A program made the translations under genes and the position numbers. Positions 17,727-20,386 of a stretch of DNA of 20,386 bases are shown here, in pieces (the stretch's first letter is position 1; each line of letters opens with the position of its first letter). The stretch is from Myxococcota bacterium (GTDB lineage Bacteria > Myxococcota_A > UBA796 > SXON01), in assembly GCA_040386535.1 (NCBI GenBank), contig JAZKFH010000086.1:1-20386 (forward strand). Reading direction: 5' to 3'. The notes under the pieces were generated by a model. The model saw only the letters and a program-made list of their open reading frames with translations. It was not told where the DNA came from and searched no databases.

Positions 17727-18671
17727 CTACCGCCCCGTCGTGTCACACAGGCGCACGAGGTATGCGACCTCCGCGTCGGACGGCGGCGTGCGGAAGGGGA
17801 ACAGCTCCACCGAGCAGCACCCCTCGCCGCGGGGCGCGACCAGCCGGGCGCTGCTGGTGAACGTCACCCCGTCCCGCGTCGCGCGTCCCAGCCGCAGGTG
17901 CGCCGGGCCCCCGGCCGAGTCCACCCGGGTCACCACCGCCTCGGCCTCGCCCGCCGTGGCCGTGCCGAGCGTGGCGTAGTCCGCGGGGCAGTTGGTGTGG
18001 GCCAGCCCGTACCACCCAGCGTAGAGCCGCGGCGCGTACGGCCCGAGCAGGCTGTCGCCGATGAGCTCGCCCCGCGTGGCCTCCACCCACGCGCCTGCGG
18101 GCACCGCGGTCCCGTTGGGCTTGGCCACCGCGGGCCCCCACTCCCCGAGCGCGGGCGGGCGCAGGCTCGCGCAGATCGTGAACGCCGCCTCCGTCGCCCC
18201 GCGGTCGAACGGCCCGAGCTCCACCACACACTGCACCCCGCGTGCATACCCCGACACCCGCACCCCGCCGTCGGGCAGCTCCGCCTGCCACGCCACGTTG
18301 TCGGGCGTCTGCCGCACCGCAGTCCCCCCGCCCCCGACCGGCGCGCGCAGCACCCCGGGCGCGAGCCACGCCGCGTGGGGGCTGAACGTCAGCTCGGCGG
18401 TCACCGCCTGGTGGGCCACCCGCACGACCGGCCGCGCCGCGCCCGCGTCCGTCTCGGTCACCTCGGTCACCGCGGCATCGTCGGGCACCAGCAGGCGCGC
18501 GTGCACGGTCTCGTGCCGCAGCGTTTTCCAGGAGTACCCCGCCGGGGCGGGCGCCTCGGCGGGCACCGTCGGCCAGGCGGGATCGGGGCCGGTGGGCGCG
18601 GGCGGCAGCGGCGCGTCCGACGCGCACCCGACGAGGACGAGGAGGAGCGGCGCGAGCGAGAGGGACGGCAT
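17727..18671 (-). CDS. Hypothetical lipoprotein, 314 aa
   Basis: MPSLSLAPLLLVLVGC lipobox, Pro-rich linker, several Cys; coding-like codon usage. Confidence 0.7.
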   Translation of the reverse strand: MPSLSLAPLLLVLVGCASDAPLPPAPTGPDPAWPTVPAEAPAPAGYSWKTLRHETVHARLLVPDDAAVTEVTETDAGAARPVVRVAHQAVTAELTFSPHAAWLAPGVLRAPVGGGGTAVRQTPDNVAWQAELPDGGVRVSGYARGVQCVVELGPFDRGATEAAFTICASLRPPALGEWGPAVAKPNGTAVPAGAWVEATRGELIGDSLLGPYAPRLYAGWYGLAHTNCPADYATLGTATAGEAEAVVTRVDSAGGPAHLRLGRATRDGVTFTSSARLVAPRGEGCCSVELFPFRTPPSDAEVAYLVRLCDTTGR

Positions 18672-19234
18672 CGTGGGGCGCTCTATCACCGGGGGTGCGC
18701 GGAGGGCTTCGGGGGGCGGGGCTTCGCGGGGCCGGGCTTTGGGCGACCACCGCAGGGCGCGGTGCCCCGGCGCCCCGAGCGGCGCCGGCCGCGCCCGGTG
18801 CAGGGTGGGGTGGGGATTCGGGCTTGGGGCTTGGGGGTGGTTGTCACTTGGGAGGGGGAGCGGTGGATGACGGGTGGCCTGACCACGGTCGGATGTTTGG
18901 TGGTTATTGGACAGAACGACATCTTGCGTACAACATCTGTTTTCGCGTCGTCACCGACCCTCTCCGCGCTATTCGTTACGCCGAGGGCTCCCGCTCACTC
19001 TTTGCATCGATGGTCAGCGGCCGATCCTGCTGGCGAGGGTCGTTCCCGCCCCGGTTACCCCGCGGTCCCGTCTTACTCCACCGCACAGGAGTCTCGGCGC
19101 CGGCGCTCGCCTGTATCGGGACGGACACCGGCCGGCTTGGTGCCGATATCGGCGTCGGAGGTCGCCGGGTGCGCGTCCGGAGGGCAGGTCGAACTTGCCA
19201 CGAGCGGCCATCGAGCGATTGCGCACGAGGCGCT

Positions 19235-20059
19235 TCAGGGCGCCGGCCGAAACTCCGTCTTCCCACCGTTTGTCAGACACAAGGGTCCGAACCACGGAGT
19301 GGCGTTCCCCGCGTCGTCGGTCCAGCGCGTCCGCACACAGAAGCCGCCGTCCCAGGTTGCGGGGGGAAAATGGTGCCTCGAATCCGCAAGCTCGCCCACG
19401 CAACGGCCGAGGTCGGCAACGTGCGGGTCACGATCCGCGGTGGAGTCCTGCGCCAGCCAATGCAGCCCGTCTCCGTACCGCATCCCGAGGTGCGGATTCC
19501 CGAGCGCGCCTATCTGTACCCCGCGCGCGTCGAGCATCACCGCCGGGTTGGCGCCATCAGCGGACCGCGTCTCCGCCTCCCACAGGACAACGCGCGCGAG
19601 GTCCGTCGGGCGTTCACTGAGGATCGAGAGCACGGCCCCGCAGGATGCCGGGATCGGCTGGCGGGTGCTCACGGCAAGGACCTCTCCCTCTTCGGGCGCG
19701 TCCGTATCGAGCCCGCCTTGGACCGCAAGGACCGATGTACGTTCTCCACATTGAAGCTCATAGTCCCCCGTCGGCAGCACGCCCGGGTCCAGGCGCACCA
19801 GCCAAAGGGGCGACGGGGTGTCCACCGGATGCAACCTCACGACTTCTCGCGTCGCACGGACACGCCGACCGTGCGCATCGACCAGGGCGACCTCGCCCGG
19901 GTAGTCGGTGAGGGCCCACGGGTGCACGTTTCGCGGAACCACTCCGGACAGGCAAATGCTCGGGACCGGGTGACGCGGCTCCGTGGCGATCTTCTCCCAG
20001 CGGACGCAACCCAGTGGCCACGAGACGACCAGAGCGGCGATGATGAGGCCACGGCCCAT
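19235..20059 (-). CDS. Hypothetical protein, probable lipoprotein, 274 aa
   Basis: MGRGLIIAALVVSWPLGC signal/lipobox; protein-like composition, but codon usage looks less GC3-biased than its neighbours. Confidence 0.55.
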   Translation of the reverse strand: MGRGLIIAALVVSWPLGCVRWEKIATEPRHPVPSICLSGVVPRNVHPWALTDYPGEVALVDAHGRRVRATREVVRLHPVDTPSPLWLVRLDPGVLPTGDYELQCGERTSVLAVQGGLDTDAPEEGEVLAVSTRQPIPASCGAVLSILSERPTDLARVVLWEAETRSADGANPAVMLDARGVQIGALGNPHLGMRYGDGLHWLAQDSTADRDPHVADLGRCVGELADSRHHFPPATWDGGFCVRTRWTDDAGNATPWFGPLCLTNGGKTEFRPAP

Positions 20060-20112
20060 CCGCTGGTTTCACTCGCTCTCGCGGGAGAGTCAAGCGCGGG
20101 GCTGGCGCTCGG

Positions 20113-20183
20113 GGCGGACCGCTCGGTCGACATCCGGGTTTTCATGAACTCCCTCCTCGCGGCGGACCGCTCGGTGGACATCC
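20113..20183. repeat. 23-bp direct repeat, 48-bp period
   Basis: ggcggaccgctcggt(c/g)gacatcc at 20113-20135 and 20161-20183. Confidence 0.85.
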
Positions 20184-20262
20184 CGTGTAGGCCAACCGCG
20201 TGATCGTGAACCTCATCGCCCGCAAGACGCCGCTCCGTCCAATAACTGGCCGATGTGCTGCT

Positions 20263-20288
20263 CAGTTCCGCCGGGGACGGCGGAACTG
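20263..20288 (+). other. Perfect 11-bp hairpin with GGGA (GNRA) loop
   Basis: cagttccgccg-ggga-cggcggaactg. Confidence 0.7.
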
Positions 20289-20386
20289 GCCCGGGCGCCT
20301 GAAGCATCGCGGTGATTCCCAATGGTGTCGTGTGCGCCCGGGACATGCGCCCCCCGTCGCGGACGCCGGGGGGACGGCGGCCAAGA

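Larger units (their letters stand above)
18903..20246. mobile_element. 1.34-kb segment bounded by 26-bp imperfect inverted repeats; nature unknown
   Basis: gttattggacagaacgacatcttgcg (18903-18928) versus the reverse complement of 20221-20246, gttattggacggagcggcgtcttgcg: 22/26 identical. Confidence 0.45.

Noticed and set aside
18903..20315. Canonical integron cassette/attC
   Set aside because: GTTATTG does not fit GTTRRRY, the fold-back lacks a closing GTT, and no integrase is visible. Kept only as a loose analogy.
20353..20367. 15-bp match (cccgtcgcggacgcc) to the reverse complement of repeat copy A
   Set aside because: The match does not extend and could be chance at this GC content.

Overview
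Very GC-rich bacterial DNA, probably Myxococcota-like (inferred from a MYXO-CTERM-type tail and MopE-type Cys/Asp motifs). 1-2880 is a repeat-dense, apparently non-coding block: a 52-bp tandem duplication, two arrays of a 51-bp palindromic unit around a ~186-bp core of four 31-bp-spaced inverted boxes, and two copies of a ~250-bp dispersed repeat, one split by an intact IS256-family element (1173-2711). Next come a minus-strand dapC-dapD-dapE operon coupled to a GT-C-type membrane glycosyltransferase, a membrane protein, and a minus-strand run of a large FG-GAP/MYXO-CTERM surface protein, a putative beta-barrel and a DUF2723 (TMEM260-like) transferase. Then an NAD(P)-binding protein with mltG, a solitary T4 gp19/Afp1-like tail-tube gene with its own RBS and terminator, a third inverted copy of the dispersed repeat, a lipoprotein, and a 1.34-kb segment bounded by 26-bp inverted repeats carrying a hypothetical lipoprotein gene. 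All calls come from reading motifs by eye; no searches were run.
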